From Octopus vulgaris (lineage: Eukaryota), in assembly GCA_951406725.2 (NCBI GenBank), contig OX597833.1:53878001-53942000 (forward strand): DNA of 64,000 nucleotides. The letters are read 5' to 3'. The notes under the pieces are model-generated. The model was not told the DNA's origin, did no database searches, and worked only from the letters and a program-made list of their open reading frames with translations. Positions within the stretch are counted from its first letter, which is position 1. Every line of letters starts with the position of its first letter. Both the position numbers and the translations under genes were made by a program. Below are positions 39,590 through 52,800 of the stretch, piece after piece.

Positions 39590-39900
39590 AGAGAGACGTG
39601 TGAACGTGAGTTCGCGCGCACTCATTTCTTTCTGTGGCTCGAACGAACGCACCACGAAAGAAGAAACTCGGAGTGTCCGCGGCGTCGAGAAAGCCATCGA
39701 TCATCACCACGCATCAAGTCATAAATATCAACTCCATGCATTGGGAGTACATTTTTATCTCGTAGTCTACAAACTCGTGTGTGTATATATATATATCAGT
39801 AAATAACTCGGTGAGGTGACGGGTTTGCTCGTCTTAAAGACATCTTTCTTGTTTTCTCGGCAGTAGTACGTCACGTGATCGGTCGGACATCTTGCCTAGA
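39590..39900. promoter_or_regulatory. CpG-rich unique segment, possible promoter
   Basis: Dense CpG (CGCGCGC, CCGCGGCGTCG), overlapping CRE/E-box-like TACGTCACGTGA near 39867, next to a CpG-depleted domain. Confidence 0.3.
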
Positions 39901-39996
39901 TATAAAAAAGACGAAGTGGGGGGAGGGGAGAGAGGAATAATGACGACTAATTATCTCTTTTTCAATCTACATTCCCTCTACAAACGTTTAGTATGG

Positions 39997-40058
<62 letters not shown>

Positions 40059-40127
40059 GTATATATATATACATGTATGTATATATATATGTTTATATAT
40101 ACATATATATATATGTTTATGTATATG

Positions 40128-40158
<31 letters not shown>

Positions 40159-40285
40159 GTGTATGTGTGTATGTATATATATGTATATATATATATATAT
40201 GTATATATATATGTATATGTATGTATGTATATATGTATATATATATATGTATGTATATATATATATATGTATATGTATGTATGTA

Positions 40286-40316
<31 letters not shown>

Positions 40317-40457
40317 CGAGAGAGAAAACAGTGTGAGACACACTGTTCTCTGCTTTAGCCATCACAGTCAAGGCCAGGCTGGGCACCACCTTCAATACAT
40401 ATAGGTATATATGCATACAGACAACTAACTGTACACATGCATATACACATGTATATA

Positions 40458-40972
40458 CTCTTTACTCTTTTACTTGTTCCAGTCATTTGACTGCGGCCAT
40501 GCTGGAGCACCGCCTTTAGTCGATCAAATCGACTCCGGGACTTATTCTTTTGTAAGCCCAGTACTTATTCTAGCGGTCTCTTTTGCCGAACAGCTAAGTG
40601 ACGGGGACGTAAACACACCAGCATCGGTTGTCAAGCAATGCTAGGGGGACAAACACAGACACACACAATCACATGGTCCCATGTTCAGTCCCACTGCATG
40701 GCATCTTAGGCAAAGCCTTACGAGTGGATATGGTAGATGGAAACTGAAAGAAGCCCATTGTATGCATATATTTATGGGTATGAATTTTGCATTTGTGTTT
40801 GTCCTTCCACCATCTCTTACAACCAATTTTGGTGTGATTATTTCCCTGTTACTTAGCAGTTTGGCAAAAGAGACCGATAGAATAAGTACTAGGCTTACAA
40901 AGAATAAGTCCTGGGGTCGATTTCTTCGACTAAAATCCCGGCTGCTGTCAAATGACTGAAACAAGTAAAAGA
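40458..40972. mobile_element. Inverted pair of SINE family A copies (minus 40458-40665; plus 40671-40972)
   Basis: Both tails point outward; 3' halves are mutually complementary. Confidence 0.85.
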
Positions 40973-41308
40973 GCAAAATGTCTATACACACACATATATG
41001 TATGCACATAGTATCATCATTTTCTGTGAGTATTTCTAGGCTGGCACAGTTTGGTAAGGTCTCACATTTCGCTACCCAGCACAGTTTGTTGTAATCTGGT
41101 ACATACAGCAACAGAGGGGAAGAAAAAAAAAATAAAGGTTAATTCTATAGCTGTGTATGTTGTTCTTTCAGCAAGGTTAGCATGATTGGCTGATGACATG
41201 TCATCAGCGACTTAGCAGTTTGAACCGAGCACATTTGATAATGTGACCAAAACTAGTCACCGAGTTTAAAAAGTCCTCTTCCTTTCTGTAATGGAATTTT
41301 ATAGCATG

Positions 41309-41463
41309 TGGGCGTTCGGAAGGGCAGCCAGCTGTAGAAACACTGCCAGATCAGAGTGAAGCCTGGTGCAGCATCCTAGCTTCCCAGACCCCGGTCGAAC
41401 CATCCAACCCATGCTAGCATGGAAAGCGGACGTTAAACGATGATGATGATGATGATGATGATG
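41309..41463 (+). mobile_element. Family D 3' end with (GAT)n tail
   Basis: Homologous to 1458-1612. Confidence 0.85.
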
Positions 41464-41727
41464 CCCTTCCTGATACAAAACCACTCTGCAAGTGGACTTG
41501 GTGCATTTTATTATCACACTGGATATAGTTTACACAACAATTATACAGAAGCCTATTTGTTTTACTGCTGGATGTCACTCCTAACATAAACCACTTAACA
41601 ACATTTACCCATAAATAGGATTTTCTTCAAAGTGACATACAATGTCCTTTGGCTGCTTCAACACTTAAAAATTAAAATATTGTATGCATGCATGCATGCA
41701 TGCATATACTCTCTCTCTCTCTCTCTC

Positions 41728-42130
41728 TCTTTTACTCTTTTACTTGTTTCAGTCATTTGACTGCGGCCATGCTGGAGCACCGCCTTTAATTGATGAACTC
41801 GACCCCGGGACTTATTCTTTGTAAGCCCAGTACTTATTCTGTCGGTCTCTTTTTGCCGAACCGCTAAGTGACGGGGACATAAACACACCAGCATCGGTTG
41901 TCAAGCAATGCTAGGGGGACAAACACAGACACACAAACACACACATATATATATACATATATATATACGACGGGCTTCTTTCAGTTTCCGTCGACCAAAT
42001 CCACTCACAAGGCTTTGGTCGGCCCGAGGCTACAGTAGAATACACTTGCCCAAGGTGCCACGCAGTGGGACTGAACCCGGAACCATGTGGTTGGTAAACA
42101 AGCTACTTACCACACAACCACTCCTACGCC
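41728..42130 (-). mobile_element. SINE family A, full length
   Basis: Complete consensus match. Confidence 0.92.
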
Positions 42131-42548
42131 TATATGTGTGTCTCCTAGCAAAGAGTTAGCCCCAATCCAGTTTATAAGTCTTGCAAGCTGCATGACAGCC
42201 TCAATAGTGTTAGGAGCATGAGGAAGGCACCCAGTACATACTGTAAAGTGGTTGGCGTTTAAAAGAGGTATCCAGTCACAAAAACCATACCAAAGCAGAT
42301 ACTGGATCACAGTGCAGTCCTTGGGCCCAAACCATCCAACCCATACCTGCATGGAACACAGACATTAAAATTTATAACAGCACTATTATTAGATTAGATA
42401 TTACACACTTACACACAAAGAGCAAAGCATTTTTGATAACAACAATCAACTGATAATATTAAGCAAAGACCGAGTTTGTGTGCCACTAATTCTGATAATA
42501 ACAATAACCAGTTTATTTGTAAACTGCACTATATGTGAGTATATATGT

Positions 42549-42934
42549 GGATGGAAGCACTCCGTCGGTTACGACGATGAGAATTCTGGTTGATCCGAAT
42601 CAACGGAACAGCCTGCTCGTGAAATTAACGTGTAAGTGGTTGAGCACTCCACAGACACGTGCACCCTTAACGTAGTTCTCAGGGATATTCAGTGTGACAC
42701 AGAGAGTGACAAGGCCGGCCCCTTGAAATACAGGTACAACAGAAACAGGAAGTAAGAGTGAGAGAAAGTTGTGGTGAAAGAGTACAGCAGGGATCACCAC
42801 CATCCCCTGCCGGAGCCTCGTGGAGCTTTTAGGTGTTTTCGCTCAATAAACACTCACAACGCCCGGTCTGGGAATCGAAACCGCGGTCCTATGACCGCGA
42901 GTCCGCTGCCCTAACCACTGGGCCATTGCGCCTC
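42549..42934 (-). mobile_element. SINE family C, full length
   Basis: Perfect 13-bp TSD TGAGTATATATGT; tRNA-like head. Confidence 0.92.
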
Positions 42935-43210
42935 TGAGTATATATGTAGGTGCAATATGACCAAATGGATAAGTTCACTTGCAATGATGGGGTCCCAGGT
43001 TTGATCCCCAATGCACAACATCTTGGATAAATGTTATTTCTATTGTCTTGGATTGGACCCATGGCTCTTGTATGAAAATAGGGAGATGAAAATTTTATAG
43101 AAGCCTTGTCCGGGGGATTGTGCTTGTAATTCAGAAGGCACAGACTTGTTACTGTGCCACATTGATTCCCCCTGGGAATTACATTAACCCTTTAGCATTC
43201 AAACTGGCCA

Positions 43211-43556
43211 CATCATCATCATCATCATCATTTAGCGTCCATTTTCCATGCTAGCATGGGTTGGACGGTTCAACTGGGGTCTGGGGAGCCCGAAGGCTGC
43301 ACCAGGCCAGTCAGATCTGGCAGTGTTTCTACAGCTGGATGCCCTTCCTAACGCCAACCACTCTGAGAGTGTAGTGGGTGATTTTATGTGCCACCGACAC
43401 AGGTGCCAGACGAGGCTGGCGAACAGCCACGCTCGGATGGTGTTTTTTATGTGCCACCGACACAGGTGCCAGACGAGGCTGGCAGACGGCCACGCTCGGA
43501 TGGTGTTTTTATGTGCCACCGACACAGGTGCCAGATGAGGCTGGCGAACGGCCACA
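43211..43556 (-). mobile_element. Family D with about three tandem 62-63 bp units 5' of the conserved 3' end
   Basis: TTTTATGTGCCACCGACACAGGTGCCAGACGAGGCTGGC repeated three times in 43382-43555; (CAT)n at left end. Confidence 0.88.
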
Positions 43557-43868
43557 TCCAGCCAAAATATTTAATCCGTTTTATAACGAAACTGACCAGA
43601 TCAGGCCTCTCACGACTACCCTACAATATCATTCTATATCTAAGCAAATCACATCATCGAAATCTCTCATGCATGATTAATTCAAAGCAAAATAAACAAA
43701 CAAGCATTACATTTGACAGAATAATCTAAATACTAAAGGGTAAAGGACAGATTGGTATAAGGATTGCACTGCGACTGATTTTATGACTTCAGGGGCAGAT
43801 AATTCAGTACACCAAACAACTGATTCCTCATCAGTTGTTCAATGAACCACAAACACATAAAGATAAAT

Positions 43869-44028
43869 AGGAGTGGCTGTGTGGTAAGTAGCTTGCTTAC
43901 GAACCACATGGTTCCGGGTTCAGTCCCACTGCGTGGCACTTTGGGCAAGTGTCTTCTACTATAGACTTGGGCCGACCAAAGCCTTGTGAGTGGATCTGAA
44001 AGATGGAAACTGAAAGAAGCCCATTGTA

Positions 44029-44061
<33 letters not shown>

Positions 44062-44269
44062 CTTTATATATATATATATATGTGTGTGTATGTGTTTCTG
44101 TGTCTGTCTGTCCCCCCAACATCGCTTGACAACCGTAACTTAGCGGTTCAGCAAAAGAGACTGATAGAATAAGTACTAGGCTTACAAAGAATAAGTCCTA
44201 GGATCGATTTGTTCAACAAAAGGCAGTGCTCCAGCATGGCCACAGTCACATGACAGAAACAAGTAAAAG

Positions 44270-44270
<1 letters not shown>
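43869..44270 (+). mobile_element. SINE family A
   Basis: Head to tail, colinear with consensus. Confidence 0.9.
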
Positions 44271-44338
<68 letters not shown>

Positions 44339-45394
44339 AAGCATCACCAACTTTATGTGTCATACCCTTCTGGAGCCCAGGCAGGGTTACGCGCTTATAC
44401 TGTGATTGAGTGGAAGTGACAGTTTTGGAAGACAGAAATAAGTGTTGGCATTAGGAAGGGCATCCAGCCGTAGAACCTATGCCAAAACAGACAACAGAGC
44501 CTGGTGTAGCCCCTGACCTCACCAGCTGCTGCCAAACCCATACCAACACGGAAAACAGATGTTAAAGGATGATGATAATGATGGTCCTTCAGAACTTCTC
44601 CCAGCCAATTTTGAAAAGGGGAGCAGCTGGCACAAGTACTGGCACACAGAAAGAGAAATGGTACGGTTGACCTTTGCAGGATTAGAACTCAGAATGTAAA
44701 GAGTTGGAACAAATGCTGCAGAACATTCATTTGACACACAAACAATTCTGCCAACTGACTGCTCTTGATAAACACATACACACACACATTGACAAACGCT
44801 GGTGAGTTGGTAAGAGTTGTTAGTACATCACATAGACTACTTTGTGACATATGTTGCAGTACTGTCTAGTCAAGGTCAAGTTTGCCTTTCATTCTTTCAG
44901 AGGTGATAGATAAAGTATCAGTTCAGGACAGGATTAGCGAATGTCAGACGAGACACCTTGCACTATCTGTTCTGGTTCCTTATGTTGTGAATTCAAATAT
45001 TTTCTACCTTATAAGAGTCCCATCGATAGAAAGGTTATTGTGAAGCACTGACATGGAAGTCCAATGTGCAATTCTTTGGTTGTCACTTACAAGCAAGTGT
45101 GGTTTGGTAACATGTAATCATGCTTTTTTCACTAAATGTTTTACGTACATCTGAAGTTGTGAGCAAACACAAACACACTTGGCCTTTCCATTTTGGGCTC
45201 AGTGGAACATCTAGGGTGTGATAGCTAGAAGGAGAGAGATGACCACACCAGCATGGAGTTGCTGTTCATTTTTGCAGAGTAGTCGACTAGAGCAGTGTAA
45301 AATAAAGTACCTCACTCAAGGATACAACACATTACCTGATTCAGGAATTGGATCCACAACCTGATCGCAAGTCCAACACTTCTATATATTAGGC

Positions 45395-45636
45395 CAGTGT
45401 TTCTCAACCTTTTCTACCTTTGCGTAACCCTTAAAATAAATAACATGTTTCAAGGAATCCCTGCACAAAAAATTATATACCATATTTTTCTCATCACAGT
45501 TCACAAGGTAAATATTATATACACACACACATATATATTGAAATTAACATTAGCTTATCTCACTCTTTCTTGTCGAACCCCTAGGAACCTTTTGCAGAAC
45601 TCGAGGGTTCCAGGGGACCCCAGTTGAGAAACACTG
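45395..45636. mobile_element. hAT (Charlie-like) MITE
   Basis: TIR CAGTGTTTCTCAAC / GTTGAGAAACACTG; degenerate 8-bp TSD TATTAGGC / CAATAGGC. Confidence 0.8.
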
Positions 45637-45664
45637 CAATAGGCTATGTGCTTCTATAGTTTAA

Positions 45665-46140
45665 TCATCATCATCATCGTTTAACGTCCACTTTCCATGG
45701 GCTGGACGATTTGACTGAGGTCTGGCGAACCAGATGGCTCCACCAGGCTCCAATCTGATCTGGCAGAGTTTCTACAGCTTCATGCCCTTCCTAACGCCAA
45801 CCACTCCAAGAGTGTAGTGGGTGCTTTTACATGCCACCGGCATGAGGGCCAGTCAGGTGGTACTGGCAGTGGCCATGCTCAAATGGTGCTTTTTATGTAC
45901 CACCTGCACAGGAGCCAGTCCAGCGACTCTGGCAACAACCTTGCTTGAATGTTTTTTCACGTGCCACCAGCACAAGTGCCAGTAAGGCGATGCAGGTAAC
46001 GATCACGCTCAAATGGTGCTTTTTATGTGCCATCAGCACGGAGGCCAGCTTGTTGCTCTGGCAACGATCACGCTCATATGGTACTCTTAGCGCTCCACTA
46101 GCACGGATGCCAGTCATCGAATTTGATTTCGATTTCGAGA
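45665..46140 (-). mobile_element. Family D long copy with diverged tandem units
   Basis: (CAT)n tail and D 3' end, then about four diverged TTTTAYRTGCCACC units ending in (GATTTC)n. Confidence 0.82.
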
Positions 46141-46885
46141 AAACATAATAAAAGAAGACTGCAAAGAAATCACAAAACTAAAGTGAGTTCATAAGAGCTG
46201 TAGCAAGATTTTCATCCCCTCTTTCATTTCAATTGCCCCAACACACATCAAGTACATTATTCCCTCCAAGTGCATTCTCCACCGCTTTCCCCCACAACTT
46301 TTCACATAAACATGCCTTTTGTTTCAAATCTTTGTAGGTAAGCTTCTATATGTACACAGAAATTAAGTTATATAAAGGGCAGGTCACTCCAAGTGGATGG
46401 AACCTTGTGCGAGAGGGAAACTCACTAAGACATGAGATAAAACAGTGCAGATTGATCTCTGAATATTGAATCTCAAAGAAGAAATGATAGAGGACCATGA
46501 TGTTTGGTGTAAACCAGTGCTGGAGAAAAACCCTCCCACCAGAGTGAACACAGCAAAACAAAACATTAAAATCAGTGGTAGTGATGGAGAATGAAGGTTT
46601 AATCTATCTACATACAACTGAGTCTTTTGCTCACTAAATCCCATGTTGAGTTTTGTCTCTATCACTCACCCTCTCTTCTAGTCACTGTATTATTGTAACC
46701 CATGTAACTAAGCATAGCAGTGGAGCTTTGATATTCATTGTGATATGCTGCTTAAGTAACCAAAGATGACACTGGACACCTGTTTGACCCATTCATCTCT
46801 CTGATACTCCTTCTCTCCTGTTCACTAGATCATGGCACCTGTCTAACAATGATGGAACTTTCACCACTGATACATATACATATAC

Positions 46886-47112
46886 ATGGCTGCCCCCTCG
46901 TTATTGAGTATGGCCATTGCACGAAGCTTAACTGTTATTGGCGCTGTGATTGAATGTGACTTTTTAGCCCAGCTAAAGATCTACAATGTCTTGTACAGAA
47001 TTGGCAGCTAAAACCTTTACCGGCAATAACCGGCTGTAGTTGTAACTGGGCTTCGTGTACCTTTGCATGTCGTTTAAGTCCTCCTGCCAAATTACACTCT
47101 CTTCCACATGCA
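46886..47112 (-). pseudogene. RTE-type LINE 3' end with C-terminal C2H2-like zinc fingers
   Basis: CGRECNLAGGLKRHAKVH...FSCQFCTRHCRSLAGLKSHIQS*, followed by a short 3' UTR GGCCATACTCAATAACGAGGGGGCAGCC. Confidence 0.72.
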
Positions 47113-47249
47113 TTCCGCCGAGGTCGACTTTGCCCTTCATCCTTTCGGGGTCGATAAATTAAGTACCAGTCACGCACTGGGGCGATGTAATCGACACTTA
47201 ATCCATTTGTCCCCTCTGTGTTTAGCCCCTTGTGGGTAGTAAAGAAATA
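47113..47249 (+). mobile_element. SINE family B 3' half
   Basis: Core and GGGTAGTAAAGAAATA tail. Confidence 0.85.
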
Positions 47250-48396
47250 AGATATGATTAGTACATACATTTACATACATACATACATTCATAAAAGATT
47301 GCATTGGATCTGTTCTATGCAAAAGACTCCACCAGTCATCACCTCCTCTCCCCAGGTCACTGTCCACCTCTATTACTCACCATCATCCCCTCCACTGCAA
47401 TCACTGTTTCTACCACCATACTCTTGTTCACTTCAACCACTCCTTCTGGTTTTTCTTCTACCTTTGTTACCCATTAGCTCATGCTACCCCAAGCAGACAG
47501 ATGTACTGAAGAGAGCTTCTTTGGTCTTACAGAATAGAAAGCAACCTCACTAATGCTTGTGCCAGGATAAAATGCACCCAATACACTTTGTAAAGTGGTT
47601 GCTGTTTGAAAGGGCAACAAACCATAGAAACCAAGCCAACAACAAAATGGATGAGAGTGATGTTCTCACTTCTACCTATCCAGAGGGGGAAGAGGGTCTC
47701 CCAATATGAACAAGCTCAGACTGTGACAACTTGTCAAACTTATACTAGCACTGAAAGCATGTGTAAAATGAGTATACATAAACACACACACGTATAGATA
47801 TATATTACATTTATTTATACACGTGCATACAAATTATCTCCCTTCGCCAAAGAGAAGGGAGATAATTTCAAGAAAATTAATAATAAATTTCTAAAGTTAA
47901 CATGAGGGGGAGGGGGGTTGCTAGCTAAAGAAAAAAGACATAACAGTCTTCAGCTTGTCTGCAATCAGAAATTTACATTTTACATAATGAAGAAATATAA
48001 AATGAGCTTGGAAACAGGTGACAGTTCGGAATAGAAAGGATACCTGGCCATAAAAAATTCTGTTTTAACAAACTGCATTGGACCTATGCAAGCATAAAAA
48101 GGTAGACACAAAACAATTTCCTTTGATGGTCATTTTTCAATTTTTATATATATGGTGGCTGGATATCCGAAACTCGGAGTTTTATCTTGGCTACCGAATA
48201 ATTGTCACATATTACATTTACAGATATATATATATATATATAAAGTGTCAGAGACAGAAAATAGAATTCATGAGATGCTTTATTCAGAACCACTATGATC
48301 ATTTCAACCCATCATGCACTAGTGCTTTACAGGTGAGATGCTGTACAACGAATTGATGTGCATTATAGGTGCAGATGTGTCTCCTCGGGTGACTTT

Positions 48397-48781
48397 CTTT
48401 TATTGGTTTCAGTCATTTGACTGTGGCCATGCTGGAGCACCGCCTTTAGTCGAGCATATCAACCCCAGGGCTTATTCTTTGTAAGCCTAATACTTATTCT
48501 ATCGAACCGCTAAGTGACGGGAATATAAACACCAGCATCCGTTGTCAAGCAATGCTAGGGCGACAAACACAGTCACACAAACATACACATACATACATAC
48601 ACACATATATATATATATGATGGGCTTCTTTAAGTTTCCGGCTACCAAATCCACTCACAAGGCTTTGGTTGGCCTGAGGCTATAGTAGAAGACACTTGCC
48701 AAAGGTGCCACGCAGTGGGACTGAACCCGGAACCATGTAGTTGGCAAGCAAGCTACTTTACCACACAGCCACTCCTGCGCC
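48397..48781 (-). mobile_element. SINE family A
   Basis: Colinear with consensus. Confidence 0.9.
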
Positions 48782-49255
48782 TCATACTACAAGGTTTATA
48801 TCTAAGTATAAAATCATAACTACACATACACACATGTGTGAGTATGTGTATGCATGTATGAGAGAAAGAGAGATAAAAGAAAATAACCTGACAGGTGCCA
48901 ATGGTATTTAATTTGGATAACAAAGATGATAGAAGGTGAACTGAATGCTAAGCATCATAAATTCTTAATTTATTGAAATTTCGTTCACAGACACAGAAGG
49001 AAGACAAAAAAATCTAGAGGTAAATGTGACCAAATGTGAATGAGAGAGGGTGATAAATTTAGGAAATTAAGAATAATTTCATAATTGAATTAATATGTCT
49101 AGGTGGGGAAAAAAGGGACAACAGAGAGGCCTCGAAGTAAACCAAGCAAAAACAAATAAGCTGTAGTTAACAGGAAAGCAGACAGGATTCTACTGGCATT
49201 TAGGAAGTGACCTCCGACTGAATATGCAGAAAAGGAGAAGGTAGTAATTACGATA

Positions 49256-49630
49256 GGCGCAGGAGTGGCTGTGTGGTAAGTAGCTTGCTAACCAACCATA
49301 TGGTTCCGGGTTCAGTCCCACTGCGTGGCATCTTGGGCAAGTGTCTTCTGCTATAGCCCCGGGCCGACCAATGCCTTGTGAGTGGATTTGGTAGACGGAA
49401 ACTGAAAGAAGCCTGTCGTATATATATGTATATATATATGTATATATATATATGTGTGTGTGTGTGTTTGTGTGTCTGTGTTTGTCCCCCTAGCATTTGC
49501 TTGACAACCGATGCTGGTGTGTTTACGTCCCCGTCACTTAGCGGTTCGGCAAAAGAGACCGATAGAATAAGTACTAAGGGCGGTGCTCCAGCATGGCCGC
49601 AGTCAAATGACTGAAACAAGTAAAAGAGAG
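49256..49630 (+). mobile_element. SINE family A
   Basis: GGCGCAGGAGTGGCTG head; deletion in the 3' body. Confidence 0.9.
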
Positions 49631-49863
49631 AGAGTGTACCAAAGGAATTCAGAGTATGGAAGCACAAGAGTTATTGTAGCGAACTCACAGACAGGCCAAT
49701 TGAGAAGGAAAATTTCACATGTGGTAGATCCACAATAGTAAGGGCACCTGGTGTTAAGAAGGGCATTCAGCTATAGAAACCATGCCAAAAAGCAGGCAGA
49801 GGGGCTTGGCACAGTACCCTGGCTTGCGAACTCTCATCAAACTGTCCAACCCATGCCAGCATT

Positions 49864-50154
49864 TTTTTTTGTTCCTTCTCTAGCCACACCTGGCTCATAA
49901 GGTTTCCTTGGCGTATAGGTTCCCCAACTGGACGGGACGCTGGTCTGTCGTAGGTGAGCTGCAAGATGCAGGAGGAAAGAGTGAGAGAAAGTTGCGGCAA
50001 AAGAGTCAGCAGAAGTTCGCCATTACCTTCTGCTGGAGCTGTGTAGAGCTTAGGTGTTTCGCTCATAAACACAAACATCGCCCGGTCTGAGATTCGAACC
50101 TGCGATCCCTCAACTGCAAGTCCGCTGCTCTAACCACTAGGCCATGTGCCTCCA
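49864..50154 (-). mobile_element. SINE family C variant nested in a family D tail
   Basis: TSD CATGC(C/T)AGCATT at 49852-49863 and 50155-50166; C-type head plus V-like tail. Confidence 0.85.
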
Positions 50155-50472
50155 CATGCTAGCATTGAAAACAGGCATTAAATGGTGGTGGTGGTGATGA
50201 TGTTAGGAAGGTTCCAAGGAAGTAGTTGATAGCAAGCAACTGAATTAACAGTAATAGTAGGTATCCCAAAATCGTACCAGACAGAGAAAAAATGAAATAG
50301 AGAAAGTTTAGGGAACAACTGTTCATGCTGGCAAAAAAAAAAAAGAGACAGTTTTCTCTCCAAATGGAGGGCAGACTGCGTGATGCTTTTGTAGAAAGTG
50401 TGAAGATGCATAGTAGAGAAAAATGAGAACTTACTGAATGAGGAAGATGTGAAAAAAACCTAGAAGGAAAAT

Positions 50473-50705
50473 GTATTTCTTTATTGCCCACAAGGGGCTA
50501 AACATAGAGGGGACAAACAAGGACAGACAAAGGGATTAAGTCGATTACATCGACCCCAGTGAGAAACTGATACTTATTTAATCGACCCCGAAAGGATGAA
50601 AGGCAAAGTCGACCTCGGCGGAATTTGAACTCAGAACGTAACGACAGACGAAATACGGCTACGCATTTTGCCCGGTGTGCTAACGTTTCTGCTAGCTCGC
50701 TGCCT
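50473..50705 (-). mobile_element. SINE family B, full length
   Basis: TSD GAAGGAAAATG on both sides. Confidence 0.9.
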
Positions 50706-50799
50706 GAAGGAAAATGGCAAGCATGCCTCACTAGATGTGTAATGTTGGTGTGCATGATTAACAGAACACAAATGAGCTGAAACAAAGGCAAGGAAAATC

Positions 50800-51153
50800 T
50801 GGTGAAAATCCTCGGAGTGTCTGTTTCGGCAACCGGCGGATCCTCGGTTGTTATGTCCCAGCGTCTGTGGACAATCTGCGGCAAACGGGATGTCTCTACA
50901 TGCGGGATTGTTGGGGACCGCTTGTGAAATCCACATATTCCCACGAAACTTCTTTCCATGAATTCTCAATGGCGAATACAATGGCAACATCGGCCTGCGC
51001 TGATGGAACCGTGACTGGCTCGCTATCTCCAGTGGACTGGCGCAGGACCCGTCGTGCGTGGGCTGCCGTGGTTCGAGATGCCTCGAGGGTGGTAGAAGAA
51101 GCCGACGCAACCCGCCCAGGGTGAATGTCGCCACAAGTAAGAAAAAAAAAAAA
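50800..51153 (+). pseudogene. RTE-type LINE 3' remnant
   Basis: Frameshifted GLR*WNRDWLAISSGLAQD / RRAWAAVVRDASRVVEEADATRPG*, then CCACAAGTAAG and an A run; 5' limit uncertain. Confidence 0.7.
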
Positions 51154-51254
51154 AGAATTGTAATATAAGAGGAGCCAGATAAGTAGAATAGTTGAGAGGG
51201 GACTACAAGGGTATGAATATTTGATGTGTAAGGAGTTGAGTAAAAAGTGATAAG

Positions 51255-51972
51255 GAACTTGCTTCCCAACCACATGGTTCCAGGTTCAGTCCCACTGCAT
51301 GGCACCTTGGGCAAGTGTCTTCTATTATAGCCTTGGGCTGACCAAAGTGGATTTGGTAGATGGAAACAGATAGAAGCCTGTCATATATATATATATATAT
51401 ATATATATCACTGTGATCACCGTGACTGACCAGGCTATCAGATGTTACTACACATTGCTGGTCACAATGCACTTCGCATTGTTTTAGCCTTCAAATGACG
51501 CCACCCTGCTGGCTAAGCGAGCAGGCCAACAGAAGAAAGAGTGAGAGAAAGTTGTGGTGAAAGAGTACAGCAGGGATCGCCACCAGCCCCTGCCAGAGCC
51601 TCGTGGAGCTTTAGGTGTTTTCACTCAATAAACACTCACAACGCCTGGTCTGAGAATCGAAACCGCGATCCTACAACCGCGAGTTCACTGCCCAAACCAC
51701 TGGGCCATTGTGCCTCCACATATATATATATATATGTGTGTGTGTATGTATGTATGTATTTGTTATTTGTGTCTGTGTTTGTTCCCCACCCGCTACCATC
51801 GCTTGACATCCGATGTTGGTGTGTTTACGTCCCCGTCACTTAGCGGTTCAGCAACAAGAGACCGACAGAATAAGTACTCGGCTTACAGAGGAAAAGTCCT
51901 GGGGTCGATTTGTTCGACTAAACGTGGAGCTCCAGCATGGCCGCAGTCAAATCACTGCAACAAGTAAAAGAG
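51255..51972 (+). mobile_element. SINE family A with a family C variant (51408-51719, minus) inserted in its internal (TA)n
   Basis: A head 51255-51383; TA tract split by the insert; A body resumes near 51765. Confidence 0.85.
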
Positions 51973-52411
51973 TAAGTCATCTAAACGGAAGAGGGAAACC
52001 AAGGTGGTTCCGGGCAGAAAGATGATGTCAGGATGCTGAGCTTCGCAAAGCAAGCGATGAGTAACTGCGACAAGCGGTGAGATGATACACTGGAAGGAAA
52101 CTTGCAAGCATGGAAAAACAGATGATGATGGTGATGATAAAGGTAGTGATGATGATGATGATGACAATGATGGTGGTGGTGGTGGCAGTGATGATATTTG
52201 TAGCACTGACTCTTCCATAGAAAGAAAGCGACAATCTATAAAACTCTTCACTTAAATTACACTTCGATTGTGAACAGTCATACATGATCTAAAGAAGAGG
52301 CATCACTGAGGTGATGCGACACACCTGCTAGAAACAGCAGCAAATTTCCTTTCTCAAATCATGTGTCACACAGTCTTAAACAAAAGAACAATGTTGGATA
52401 ATATAGTTCTA

Positions 52412-52800
52412 GGCGTAGGAGTAGCTGTGTGGTAAGTAGCTTGCTTACAAACCACATATGGTTCCAGGTTCAGTCCCACTGCGTGGCACCTTGGGCAAGT
52501 GTCTTCTACTATAGCCTCGGGCTTACTAAAGCTTTGTGAGTGGATTTGGTAGACGGAAACTGAAAGAAGCCCGTCGTATATATGTATATATATATGTATG
52601 TGTGTGTATATGTTTGTCCCCCCAGCATTGCTTGACAACCGATGCTGGTGTGTTTACGGCCCCGTAACTTAACGGTTCGGCAAAGGAGACCGACAGAATA
52701 AGTACTAGGCTCACAAAGCATAAATCCTGGGGTCGATTTGCTCTCGACTAAATGTGGTGCTCCAGCATGGCCACAGTCACATGACTGAAACAAGTAAAAG
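52412..52800 (+). mobile_element. SINE family A, full length
   Basis: Complete consensus match. Confidence 0.92.

Noticed and set aside
43378-43556. Direct repeats superficially like a CRISPR array
   Set aside because: No unique spacers and no cas genes; these are tandem units of retroposon family D.
46935-47270. C2H2 zinc-finger ORF as a host zinc-finger gene exon
   Set aside because: The ORF's N-terminus is antisense SINE B, and the fingers are followed by a stop and an RTE-like 3' end, so it is a LINE remnant.
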